64,000 nt of DNA, taken from assembly GCA_965247115.1 (NCBI GenBank), contig CBDFGR010000003.1, positions 512,001-576,000 on the forward strand, in the 5' to 3' direction. The notes beneath the pieces were generated by a model. It saw only the letters and a program-made list of their open reading frames with translations. It was not told the origin of the DNA and made no database searches. This DNA is from Myxococcota bacterium. Lineage in GTDB: Bacteria; Myxococcota_A; UBA9160; SZUA-336. The position numbers and the translations under genes were made by a program. The first letter of the stretch is position 1, and every line of letters begins with the position of its first letter. This document shows positions 18,308 through 27,763 of this stretch, piece by piece.

Positions 18308-19633
18308 ATGGACTGGCACGAACGCTGTGGCAACAAGCTCGTCTCGCTCGACGCGGCAATTGCGGAGGTGAAGTCGGGCCTCACGGTCGCCGTCGCTCCC
18401 TACATCACCACTCCCTACACGCTGTGTACGGCGCTCTTGGACCGGGCGAAGTCGGGCAGCCTCGAGAACGTGCGGATCGATCACCCCGCCGCGCTCTTCG
18501 CCTGGACCGATCCCGATGCCCGGGGCGCCTTCGAGCTGCATGACAACTACGCGACCCCTCCGAACCGGGCCGCCTGCCACGCAGGAGAGATGGAGTACCT
18601 GCCGGTCGGGATCTGGAAGAGCTACTCCATCCCGCCGGGGTTCACCGAGCACCCGGACGTGTTCCTGGTGCCCGTCTCGCCACCCGACGACAAGGGCTTC
18701 TGCAGCTTTGGACCGGGCGTCTTTTTCTCCCGCACCACGAGCCAGAACGCCAGGATGGTGATCGCGGAGGTGCAGCCGGGCTTCATCCGGACCTACGGCG
18801 AGAACTACATTCACCTTGACGAGATCGACCTGCTCGTCGAGGGCGAGGTCCAGACGGGGGACGCGCCTGCGGAGGTGCGCAGCGAGGAGGAGATCGCCGT
18901 CGTGGAGGTGATCTGCTCGCTCGTCGCCGCCGAGCTCGTGAACGACCGGGACACGCTCCAGATGGGCGTCGGGATGGTTTCCGCGTCGCTCGGGCTCTAC
19001 CTGGACCACAAGCACGACCTCGGCGTCCAGACCGAGCTCATCACGGGCGGCATTGTCGACCTCGTGAAGAAGGGTGTCGTCACCGGGAAGTACAAGACCC
19101 TCCATCCGTACAAGGTGGTGGGCAGCGCGCTTGTCGCCCTCAGCAAGGAGGAGCTACAAGCCATCGACGGCAACCCGATCTTCGAGCTCTACGACTTCGG
19201 CTTCACGGACGACCTGCGCCGCCTCATCCTGCAGGAGAACTTCGTCGCGGTGAACAACGCCCTCGTGGTCGACCTGACCGGCCAGGTCTCCGCAGAGTCA
19301 CTCGACCACCGACCGTTCACCGGCGTGGGTGGGCAGACGGTGTTCATGATCGCCGGCGCGTACTCACCCGGCGGCAAGTCGGTGAGCGTCGTGCCGTCAA
19401 GCTCCGTCCCGAGCAGTACGGGCGAGCGTGTATCGCGCATCGTGCCCACGCTCGGGCCGGGAGCCGCCGTCACGGTACCGCGTACCTACGTGGACTACGT
19501 GGTGACCGAGTACGGCATCGCGACGCTGCGCGGCAAGACCATCAAGCAGCGCGCCCGGGAGCTGGCCGCGATCTCCCACCCCGACTTCCGCCCCGAGCTG
19601 GAGCAGCAGGCAGCCAAGCTCTACGGCGTCTGA
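18308..19633 (+). CDS. Acetyl-CoA hydrolase/4-hydroxybutyrate CoA-transferase family
   Basis: VSPPDDKGFCSFG, LQMGVG, QTE catalytic Glu, VDLTGQVSAES, GVGGQ, VVTEYGIA; AGGAG SD. Confidence 0.9.
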   Translation: MDWHERCGNKLVSLDAAIAEVKSGLTVAVAPYITTPYTLCTALLDRAKSGSLENVRIDHPAALFAWTDPDARGAFELHDNYATPPNRAACHAGEMEYLPVGIWKSYSIPPGFTEHPDVFLVPVSPPDDKGFCSFGPGVFFSRTTSQNARMVIAEVQPGFIRTYGENYIHLDEIDLLVEGEVQTGDAPAEVRSEEEIAVVEVICSLVAAELVNDRDTLQMGVGMVSASLGLYLDHKHDLGVQTELITGGIVDLVKKGVVTGKYKTLHPYKVVGSALVALSKEELQAIDGNPIFELYDFGFTDDLRRLILQENFVAVNNALVVDLTGQVSAESLDHRPFTGVGGQTVFMIAGAYSPGGKSVSVVPSSSVPSSTGERVSRIVPTLGPGAAVTVPRTYVDYVVTEYGIATLRGKTIKQRARELAAISHPDFRPELEQQAAKLYGV

Positions 19634-19756
19634 GCTCGGGCGCCGAAGCATTCTGGACCGATCTCCGCAGCATCGTCGACGAGCCAGCAGTCCTTATCCG
19701 TTCCGTCCGCGAGCTCACGGGCTCGGTTGAGGTGCCCGGCTCGTATGCGTAGGTCG

Positions 19757-20827
19757 TCACTGCGTGATGCGAGGATAGATGAGGGACCGGTCGGCGAACC
19801 TGGGAGGCCACACGATACGTCGCGCGCCTCCTTGCCATTGCACGGTGAGTACCTCGTGCCCGACTTGAAGCCCGGTCGTCGGGTCGAGGCGGAAGTCTCC
19901 GAAGAGAGTTCGGCAATCGAGGCTCCGAGCGGCGGCCAGTTGGGCCGCGTCTTCCACTGCCCCGGCGTCCCTGAGGCAGCGTGCGGCGAGAACTCCGGCG
20001 GCGAAGGACTGCGCGGCGGGGTAGGGAGGATCGCTTCCGACGGCTGACCGGTACCGAGTCAGAAACCACGGCACATCGGGACCTTCGTCGGCCACGGACG
20101 CGGCGGTCGCGACCCATTGTGCCGGACCGAGAAGACCCTCGCGCGCGGGGCCGAGAGGCGCCAGGACTTCGTCCACTCCAGCCCCGACGAATCCCACCGC
20201 ACGCCACTCCCGTCCCTGCAGGGCCCGGGCGGCCGCGAGCTCGTCGCCAAAGGTGCCCACGACGAGGAGCACCTCCCCATCGGGAAGCTGGGAGGCGGCG
20301 CGCAGCGCCTCCCCGCTCGAGAAACCGATCGTCGTCACCCTGAAGTGGAGCCGAGCAGCATCCTCCGCGGCGCCCTTTGCTACGTCGGTGCCGAATCCGG
20401 TTCTGCCATGCATGATCACTACCTGCTGCGCCGTCGCATCGCTGCTGCGCACCGCCTCGAGAGTGCCCCGGAAGTAGGTGGACGCCGGAGCGAGGACGTT
20501 CACCGCCCGCGGAAACGCAGGCGAGCGGATGGTCGAGCTCGCACCGCCGTGGTTCCAGACAACCCGCTCGGTCGCCGCGAGCGCCCGCAACGAGGGGCGG
20601 CTTCCATACGAACCAAAGATCAGATGAGGCCGTGAGGCCAGTCCGCGTCGCATTGCGGCGGCGGGGTCCGGGTGAGCGTCGTGGACGTCGAGCCGAACGC
20701 CCCGCCAGGTGGGCGGAAGATCCGCGGCTTCAGCCGCCCAGAGGCGAAGAGCCTCGGCTCCGACGCGGCCGAAGCTCGCAAGCGGTCCGGAGAGTGGAGT
20801 TACCAACAGCGCTCGCAGCTCGCTCAC
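19757..20827 (-). CDS. LivJ/PBP1-type ligand-binding protein, no evident signal peptide
   Basis: PLSGPLASFG, FGSYGS, YPAAQSFAAG, TLFGDFRLD..TGLQ, VQWQ, VWP motifs; start uncertain (GTG 20827 or TTG 20872). Confidence 0.75.
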   Translation of the reverse strand: MSELRALLVTPLSGPLASFGRVGAEALRLWAAEAADLPPTWRGVRLDVHDAHPDPAAAMRRGLASRPHLIFGSYGSRPSLRALAATERVVWNHGGASSTIRSPAFPRAVNVLAPASTYFRGTLEAVRSSDATAQQVVIMHGRTGFGTDVAKGAAEDAARLHFRVTTIGFSSGEALRAASQLPDGEVLLVVGTFGDELAAARALQGREWRAVGFVGAGVDEVLAPLGPAREGLLGPAQWVATAASVADEGPDVPWFLTRYRSAVGSDPPYPAAQSFAAGVLAARCLRDAGAVEDAAQLAAARSLDCRTLFGDFRLDPTTGLQVGHEVLTVQWQGGARRIVWPPRFADRSLIYPRITQ

Positions 20828-20868
20828 GACGTGACGCCTCTCGTGCCGTCGGCGCGAATCCTGTCGAA

Positions 20869-22110
20869 TCAATCCAGCGCGGCGAAGACCTGCTCGTTGT
20901 GCTCGCCAAGGAGTGGTGCGCGGCGCTGGATGCGCCAGGGGGAGCCGTGGAACACGTACGGTGCGCCGGGATAGGTGAAGCTGCGGCCGAGGTTATCGTG
21001 CTCGACCTCCACCGGGAAGCCGCGCGCCACGAAGTGGCGGTCTTCCATCACCTCTTCCGGGGAGTAGATGATACCGACAGGCAAGCCGCGCTCCTGCGAG
21101 CCTACGAAGAAGTCGTACGCCGAGATCTTCGAGGCGACGAGGTTCTGGCCCAGGCGTCCGGCGCCGAAGATCGTCCTCAGCTCCTCGTCCTCCCGAATCA
21201 TCGACAGGTCGATGCGCTCGCGCTCCTGCCCCAGCTTGAGCAGGAAGGCCTCGGGAAACTCCTCGAGCAGCCCGAGCTCCTCGATCCAGGCGTAGAGCGC
21301 GGCGAACTCTGGCGGGGCGCGCGGGGGGACGCCCGTGTTCACGTAGCGTCCATCCGCGCAGCGGATCTGGCTCTCCTGGGTCATGTGCGCCGCCGCGTGA
21401 CGACCGGTCTGACGCTGCACGGTGCTCTGGGCGACCAGCCAGTCGTAGCTCGCGGCCTCCGTCGTCACGTTTGCGGCGGCGTGCATGGAGACGTCGATGT
21501 GCTGGCCCACGCCGGTCTCGTGGCGCAGGAGCAGGGCTACCAGCGCAGACATCACCGCAAAGTGACAGCCCGTGTGGTAGCCCTGGTTCCCACCGCCGCG
21601 CACCGGCGGCAGCGAGTGGTCGTCGTAGCCACAGCTCCAGACGGGGCCGCCGCCCGCGAGAACCGTCAGGTCGGTCGCGTGGTCCTCGGAGCGCGGTCCC
21701 GCCCTGCCGAAGGGCGTGATCGAGACCATGATCAGGTCCTGCCGCAGCTTTTGGAGATCGGAGTAGTCGAGTCCGAGCTCGGCCATGCGGCCCGGAGCCT
21801 CGCACTCGATCAGCAGATCCGCACTGGCGACCAAGCGGCGAAAGCGCTCGCGTTCGGTCCCGCTCTCGAGATCGAGGCTGACACCGAGCTTGCTGGTGTT
21901 GTAGTGCCACCAGGAGAGGCTCCGCTCGGGGCCCGGCTCGTCGTCGAGAAAGGGACCACAGGCGCGCAGCGAGCTGCCCTCCGGCGGCTCGACCACGATC
22001 ACCTCCGCGCCCATGTCGCCCAGCAGCTTGCCCGCAAAGGCGCCGCACTCGCTCGAGAGCTCGATCACTCGCAGATCGGACAGAGCTCCGGGAGCGGGAT
22101 CGCTCGTCAT
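20869..22110 (-). CDS. Family III CoA-transferase (CaiB/BaiF), BbsE-like subunit
   Basis: LSDLRVIEL, LGDMGAEVIVVEPP, SITPFG..GP, GQHIDVSM, APLLGEH. Confidence 0.9.
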   Translation of the reverse strand: MTSDPAPGALSDLRVIELSSECGAFAGKLLGDMGAEVIVVEPPEGSSLRACGPFLDDEPGPERSLSWWHYNTSKLGVSLDLESGTERERFRRLVASADLLIECEAPGRMAELGLDYSDLQKLRQDLIMVSITPFGRAGPRSEDHATDLTVLAGGGPVWSCGYDDHSLPPVRGGGNQGYHTGCHFAVMSALVALLLRHETGVGQHIDVSMHAAANVTTEAASYDWLVAQSTVQRQTGRHAAAHMTQESQIRCADGRYVNTGVPPRAPPEFAALYAWIEELGLLEEFPEAFLLKLGQERERIDLSMIREDEELRTIFGAGRLGQNLVASKISAYDFFVGSQERGLPVGIIYSPEEVMEDRHFVARGFPVEVEHDNLGRSFTYPGAPYVFHGSPWRIQRRAPLLGEHNEQVFAALD

Positions 22111-23345
22111 ATCACGCCCCCCTCGCGCAGGTCCCCGATCTCGGCGTCGGAAAGCCCGAGGATCTCGCCAAACACGCGCTCGTTGTGCTCGCCGAGGCAG
22201 GGAGCCCCGTTCTCGAGCTCCCAGTCGGTCTTCGACAGATGGACGGGCAGCCCGTCAACGCGTACCTCGCCCATGTCCCTGTGCACAACGGTGGGCCAGA
22301 GCCCCCAGGCCTCGGTGCTGGAGTCCTTGTCGATGCGCTCCTCGGGCTTCTGCACCGCGGTCGCAGGAATGCCCGCGGACTGCAAGCTAAGAGCGAGCTC
22401 GAAGGGGTCGTGCTTACAGGTGAAGTCGGCCAGGGCGCGGTCGAGCTCGTCCTCGTGCTCGAGTCGCCCTGCCAGGCTCGCGAAGCGCGCGGTGTCGAGC
22501 CACGCGGGGTCGACGCACTCCGCCAGAGTCCGCCAGTCAGCGTCGTTCCGACAGGCGATCGCGATCCAGCGATCCTCTCCGCGCGCCGGGTAGATGCCGT
22601 GCGGTGCCATGGCGGGGAACTGGCTGCGGTTGCTGTCCGGCAGACCGGGCCGACGCAGACGTCGCCCGTTCACCGTGGAGTCGAGCAGGGCCGGACCGTT
22701 GAGGGTGGCCCCCGCCTCCGTGCAGGACATGTCGACCCACTGACCCTCGCCGCTCCGGTTGCGGTTGTGCAGCGCCATGAGGATGCAGATGGCCATGTAG
22801 TAGCCACCGGTGTGATCCATGTACGAGTAGCCCCAGCCCGCGGGAGGCTGGTCGCGCAGACCCGAGCTGAACGTGAGGCCGCTAATCGCCTGGACGATCG
22901 GGCCCCAGGTCTTGAACTTGACGTAGGGCCCACTGTGCCCGAAGCCGCAGTTCGAGACGTAGATGATGTCCGACTTCAGAGCCTTGAGCTGCGCGTACCC
23001 GAAGCCGAGGCGCTCCATGACGCCCGAGGCGAAGTTCTCCGAGACGACGTCGGAGCGCTTCACGAGCTCGGCGAGCAGCTCCTTGCCCCGCTCCGTGCGC
23101 AGGTTGAGCGTGATCCCGAGCTTCTCGACGTTGTGGTTGTTGAACGAGCCGCTGAGCTCGAGGCCGCGGCGCTCGTCCTTGAAGGGTCCCATTCCGCGCA
23201 GGATGTCCCAGCGACCCTGCCGGACCGGATCCTCGATGCGAATCACCTCCGCGCCGAACGCAGCCAGGAAACGGGTCGCGCCGGCACCGGCGAGCTGACC
23301 GGTGAAGTCACAGATGCGGAGATGGGAGAGGGCCTTTGACGCCAC
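22107..23345 (-). CDS. Family III CoA-transferase (CaiB/BaiF), BbsF-like subunit
   Basis: FGAEVIRIE, DVVSENF, YSYMD (catalytic Asp), GQWVDMS, APCLGEH. Confidence 0.9.
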   Translation of the reverse strand: MASKALSHLRICDFTGQLAGAGATRFLAAFGAEVIRIEDPVRQGRWDILRGMGPFKDERRGLELSGSFNNHNVEKLGITLNLRTERGKELLAELVKRSDVVSENFASGVMERLGFGYAQLKALKSDIIYVSNCGFGHSGPYVKFKTWGPIVQAISGLTFSSGLRDQPPAGWGYSYMDHTGGYYMAICILMALHNRNRSGEGQWVDMSCTEAGATLNGPALLDSTVNGRRLRRPGLPDSNRSQFPAMAPHGIYPARGEDRWIAIACRNDADWRTLAECVDPAWLDTARFASLAGRLEHEDELDRALADFTCKHDPFELALSLQSAGIPATAVQKPEERIDKDSSTEAWGLWPTVVHRDMGEVRVDGLPVHLSKTDWELENGAPCLGEHNERVFGEILGLSDAEIGDLREGGVI

Positions 23346-23379
23346 GTCAGCCTCCGGAAGGGAGGCCAGCCTACCAGAC

Positions 23380-24408
23380 CTACGCGCTGCCCCGCGCGGC
23401 CGGACGGATCTCGTCGACGAGGCCCCAGAGGTGGGCCGTCGGGACGTCCAGCCGCGCTCCCGAGAGAGCCAGGTAGGCCGTGCGCTGTCGCCCGATCCGG
23501 CGCGGGATGCTCACCGTACCACCGGCTCCCGGGACCAGGCCCATGCCCACCTCCGGCAGCTGAAAGAAGGCATCCTCGCTCGCCACGACGTGTCCCGCGA
23601 ACGCGGGAAGCTCGATGCCCGCGCCCACGCAGGCTCCGTGAACCTCGACGCGAACGCGTTCGGCACACGCCGCGAGCATGCGGCCCGGGTTGCGCGTGCT
23701 CCGGATCGCGTGCGCGGTCGCGGGATCGGGCAGCGTGCCGAACTCGTCCAGGTCTCCTCCGCTGCAGAACGACGGGCCCGCACCACTGAGCACCACGTGC
23801 CGCACCTCTCTGTCGGTCAGCACCAGCTGCAGCGCCTCGGACAAGCCATCGCGCATCTCGGCCGAGAAGGCATTCCGCTTGCCAGGGCGATTCAAGGTCA
23901 GGCGCAGGCTGCCGCCCTCGCGCTCCACGCGGACGGCGGGGCCGGGATCTCCCTTTCGGCTGCGCTGGCGCGACTTGCGCTGCGCCAGCCAGGCGGCGAA
24001 CTCGGGACCGCTCTGCAGCGTGGAGTAGACCAGGGATTCGGCCACCAGCGCGCCGTGCACGTCGAGGTTCTCGCTCTGGCGCAGCTGCTGGACCAGGGCC
24101 AGAGCGGCGAGTGGAGTGTGGCCGATGGACTCCAGGAGCTCGTCGAGCTTGTCGCGTGACGAGACCGCGAGGTCGAAGCGGTCGAGCAGCGCGGCGCCGG
24201 TCTCCGAGAGCGCGTCGCCGCACACGGCGACGGACACGCAGGGCAGCTGCGCGAGCGCCGTGCGCGCGACGGCCAGCGCCTCCGCGCCTACGGCGGCGCT
24301 CGAGGACACGTCTACCGTGAGTGCCGGACCGGCTCCCATGACCGGGGAGAGGGCTTCCAGGCCATACGGCGACTGCAGTCGGTCGACGGCCTGTGCCAGC
24401 GTCAGCAC
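23380..24408 (-). CDS. Enoyl-CoA hydratase/isomerase with N-terminal extension
   Basis: LTLNRPGKRNA, FCSGGDL, GAGIE, LPEVGMGLVPGAGG. Confidence 0.88.
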   Translation of the reverse strand: MLTLAQAVDRLQSPYGLEALSPVMGAGPALTVDVSSSAAVGAEALAVARTALAQLPCVSVAVCGDALSETGAALLDRFDLAVSSRDKLDELLESIGHTPLAALALVQQLRQSENLDVHGALVAESLVYSTLQSGPEFAAWLAQRKSRQRSRKGDPGPAVRVEREGGSLRLTLNRPGKRNAFSAEMRDGLSEALQLVLTDREVRHVVLSGAGPSFCSGGDLDEFGTLPDPATAHAIRSTRNPGRMLAACAERVRVEVHGACVGAGIELPAFAGHVVASEDAFFQLPEVGMGLVPGAGGTVSIPRRIGRQRTAYLALSGARLDVPTAHLWGLVDEIRPAARGSA

Positions 24409-24416
24409 GCCTCGGC

Positions 24417-25916
24417 TCAGTCTCCCGCCAGGTCGGCCCGCACTACGCGGCGCAGCAGCTTGCCGGTCTCGTTGTACGGCAGCTCGTCACTGAACTCGAT
24501 GCGCGACGGCACCCGCGAGGAGCGCAGCCTTCCCTTGACCCAGTCTTGCAGCTCGGACACGCTCACCGAGCTTCCCTGCCGCGTCACCACCGCCGCTGCG
24601 ACCGCCTCGCCCCATTGCACGTCGGGGATCCCCACGACAGCGCAGTCCGCGACTGCCTTGTGCTCGAGAAGCACGTCCTCGATCTCGCCAGGCGACAGGT
24701 TCTCGCCACCCCGAACGATCACGTCGTCGATCCGGCCCTCCACGAACACGTAGCCCTCCGAGTCCATCGAGCCGCTGTCGCGGGTCGGGAACCAGCCGTC
24801 GCTCTCCAGCCGGGTGCCGTGGCCCAGGTACTCGCCCGAAACCTGCTCGCCGCGCACGTAGATCTCTCCGACCTGGCCAGCAGCCAGCTCCTTCCCCTCC
24901 TCGTCGCGGATCTCGAAGTCGAGGCTCGGTAGCGCACGGCCAACGGAGACGAGCCTGCGCTTCACGGCGGGGTCCTCGCTGGCGGCCGCCTCGCGATGAT
25001 CGTCGGGTCCGAGCAGCGCAATGGTCGAGCTCGTCTCGGTGAGCCCGTAGGCGTTGGTGAAATCCGTGTCAGGGAAGAGCTTCATCGCGCGCTCGATCAC
25101 CGGCAGAGGCATCTTCCCGCCCCCGTAGGAGAGCGCCCGCAGCTGTGGAAGATTGGCGCTTCCGGCGTCCCCCACCGCATCCACGATCCTGGCCAGCATG
25201 GTGGGAACAACGAAGGCGTGCGTGACGCCCTCGGAGCGTGCGAGCGCCAGCCAGTCTTCGGCGGAGAAGCCCGGCAGCTGCACCACGCGGCGGCCCGAGT
25301 AGACGGAGCTCAAGAGAGCCGCCATACCGGCCACGTGGTAAGGCGGGACACTGACGAGTGTAGCTTCCTCCTCGCCCGCTCCGCCGAAGTCGACCGAGCC
25401 GAGGATGTAAGAGACCAGGTGCTTGTGGCGCAGCACGGCGGCCTTCGGGGCGCCAGTGGTGCCGCTGGTGTACAGCAGAACGGCAATCTCGTCCGGATCC
25501 ATCGACCACTCTGGCGCCGCGTCACCACCGGGAACCATCCGCGCTAGAAAGGCCTCCCGCTCGACCGGGCTCGTGCCGGGGAGACGCCCGAGCTGCGACG
25601 CGCGCTCCGCGTCGGTGACCAGATAGGAGGGCGCGATCTCACCGACGAGCGAGTCCAGCTCGTCGGCGGTCAGGCGGTAGTTGAGGGGCACGAAGGGGAC
25701 CCCGGCCCAGGCGCTGGCGAAGAGCGCGACGGGGACGGCCGGGCTGCTCACGTCCAGGAGCGCCATGCGCTCTGCCCCGGAGGCTTGCAGGTGCAGTGCG
25801 GCAGCTCCGGCCGCACCAAAGAGCTGCTGGTAGGTCAGCTTGGTCGAGCCGCTCTGGACGGCCACTCGGTCGCCGAAGCCCTCGGCGGCCATGTCGAGCA
25901 GCATCATCAGGTTCAT
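24417..25916 (-). CDS. Acyl-CoA synthetase (AMP-binding)
   Basis: YTSGTTGAPK, AYGLTETS, GRIDDVIVRGGENL, LPYNETGKLLR. Confidence 0.93.
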   Translation of the reverse strand: MNLMMLLDMAAEGFGDRVAVQSGSTKLTYQQLFGAAGAAALHLQASGAERMALLDVSSPAVPVALFASAWAGVPFVPLNYRLTADELDSLVGEIAPSYLVTDAERASQLGRLPGTSPVEREAFLARMVPGGDAAPEWSMDPDEIAVLLYTSGTTGAPKAAVLRHKHLVSYILGSVDFGGAGEEEATLVSVPPYHVAGMAALLSSVYSGRRVVQLPGFSAEDWLALARSEGVTHAFVVPTMLARIVDAVGDAGSANLPQLRALSYGGGKMPLPVIERAMKLFPDTDFTNAYGLTETSSTIALLGPDDHREAAASEDPAVKRRLVSVGRALPSLDFEIRDEEGKELAAGQVGEIYVRGEQVSGEYLGHGTRLESDGWFPTRDSGSMDSEGYVFVEGRIDDVIVRGGENLSPGEIEDVLLEHKAVADCAVVGIPDVQWGEAVAAAVVTRQGSSVSVSELQDWVKGRLRSSRVPSRIEFSDELPYNETGKLLRRVVRADLAGD

Positions 25917-25919
25917 CGG

Positions 25920-26231
25920 TCAGTCCGAAGACGGGAGCTTCTTGGCTTCCTTGAGCTTGAGCAACACGCCACCCGCGGCAATCGAGCCGTCTCCGGCCTT
26001 CGTACAAAGAAGCTCGAGGGCTCCAGCGTCGTTGATATAGCGCTTGCCAAGCTTCGTCCCCTCGGCCGCATCGGGCGAAACCGAGAGATCCCCAGCTGGC
26101 GTCTCTGCGATATCGATCATCGGGACCCCGCCGCAGCTCAGCGCCACAGCTTCGTCCGGCACGGAGATAACCATCACCTCCGTCGTACACGCGGCGCTGC
26201 GTAGTCTGGATCCCGTCTTCAGGTCGGCCAT
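25920..26231 (-). CDS. Small protein with two desulforedoxin-like modules
   Basis: GAGGAGG SD; 103 aa; GSRLRSAACTTEVMV..LSCGGVPM and GKRYIND.GALELLCTKAGDGSI; stop 3 nt before the ligase. Confidence 0.75.
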   Translation of the reverse strand: MADLKTGSRLRSAACTTEVMVISVPDEAVALSCGGVPMIDIAETPAGDLSVSPDAAEGTKLGKRYINDAGALELLCTKAGDGSIAAGGVLLKLKEAKKLPSSD

Positions 26232-26371
26232 GACGGTGCTGCCTCCTCGAGAGATGATATCAGTGGCGGCATGATACCAGCTCGCGCCCCGCTCGCCGAC
26301 ACGAGCCCCACGCAGCCGGGCTGCGGCCGGAGCATCGCCACAGGAGAACCCAACATGAGGAGCGAGTCGCC

Positions 26372-27763
26372 GTGCTGATCCGCCGGGCGGAGGTCGACGG
26401 GTCCGCTCCCCTCGACGTGCGGCTCGCGGACGGCAGGATTGCGGCAATCGACGCGGGGCTCTCGCGCGCTCCAGGCGAGGCCGTGCTGGAGGCCGACCGC
26501 GGGGCACTCCTGCCCGGCCTTCACGACCATCACCTGCACCTCTTCGCCCTGGCTGCGGCCTGGGGCTCGGTGCGCTGCGGGCCCCCGGAGGTGCGTGACA
26601 AGCAAGGGCTGGCGGAGGCCTTGCGCGGGTGGCGCGGAGCCGGGGAGTGGGTCCGCGGGGTGGGCTACCACGAGTCGGTCGCGGGTGTACTCACCCGCTC
26701 CGAGCTCGACGCCCTCCTCCCCGGGAGGCCACTGCGCATCCAACATCGCAGCGGTGCGCTCTGGATGCTGAACTCGACCGCGCTCAGCCGTCTGGAGCTC
26801 GACGGCGCGGACGCGGCCGACGGGGTAGAGCGGGCTCCAGACGGCCGGCCCACCGGGCGCCTGTTCGGCTTGGATGCCTGGTTGCGCGGCCGACTCGAAG
26901 GCTCCCGTCCCCCGGAGCTGGCGGAGGTAGGAAGGAGGCTGGCCCGACTCGGGCTGACCGGTCTCACGGACACCACGCCGAGCAACGGACCCGACGAGCT
27001 CGGCGCCTTCGAGGCGGCGATCGAGCGAGGGAATTTACCCCAACGGCTCGTCATGATGGGCAGCTCCGAGCTCGGCGAGTCGGACCGGGTCACACGGGGT
27101 CCGGTCAAGCTGCTGCTGCGCGACGAGGATCTCCCGGCGCCCGACCAGCTCGAAGAGACCATCCGCTCCGCGCACGCGGCTGGGAGGCGGATCGCGGTCC
27201 ACTGCGTGACGCGGGTCCAGCTCGTGCTCACACTCTCGGCTCTTCGGGCCGCCGGCAGCCTGCCAGGAGACCGCATAGAGCACGCATCCGTCACGCCCCC
27301 CGATGCGATGCGTTTGCTGGCCGGTCTGCCGGTTGCGGTGGTGACACAGCCGAACTTCGTGCGGGAACGAGGCGACGAGTACGCGGTTCTGGTGGATGAG
27401 CCGGACCGGCCCTGGCTGTACCGCGGTCGGGGCTTCCTGGAGGCAGGGGTCGCCCTTGGCGGCGGCACCGATGCCCCGTTCGGAGATCCGGACCCATGGG
27501 CCGCCATGCGTGCTTCGGTCGAGCGGCGCACAGAGTCCGGACTGTGTCTGGGTCCCGAGGAACGGCTCAGCCCCGAGCAGGCCCTGGCGCTCTTTACCTC
27601 GTCGCCCGAGGCACCCGGCGGGGCGCCGCGGGCGGTCGAGGTGGGGAGGCCAGCGGACCTCTGCCTGCTCGATCGACCGTGGTCCGCAGCGAGGCGAGGG
27701 CTCTCGAGCGAGCACGTCGCGGCCACGATTCGCGGTGGCTCTCTGATCTGGCGGGCGTCCTAG
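26372..27763 (+). CDS. Amidohydrolase family 3 protein
   Basis: PGLHDHHLH, IAVHC, RIEHAS, GGTDAP, GRPADLCLL; GAGGAG SD. Confidence 0.9.
   Translation: MLIRRAEVDGSAPLDVRLADGRIAAIDAGLSRAPGEAVLEADRGALLPGLHDHHLHLFALAAAWGSVRCGPPEVRDKQGLAEALRGWRGAGEWVRGVGYHESVAGVLTRSELDALLPGRPLRIQHRSGALWMLNSTALSRLELDGADAADGVERAPDGRPTGRLFGLDAWLRGRLEGSRPPELAEVGRRLARLGLTGLTDTTPSNGPDELGAFEAAIERGNLPQRLVMMGSSELGESDRVTRGPVKLLLRDEDLPAPDQLEETIRSAHAAGRRIAVHCVTRVQLVLTLSALRAAGSLPGDRIEHASVTPPDAMRLLAGLPVAVVTQPNFVRERGDEYAVLVDEPDRPWLYRGRGFLEAGVALGGGTDAPFGDPDPWAAMRASVERRTESGLCLGPEERLSPEQALALFTSSPEAPGGAPRAVEVGRPADLCLLDRPWSAARRGLSSEHVAATIRGGSLIWRAS

Noticed and set aside
20632..22593. Long antisense ORFs (653 aa here and many others)
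   Set aside because: Expected shadows of high-GC codon usage opposite well-supported genes; no motifs
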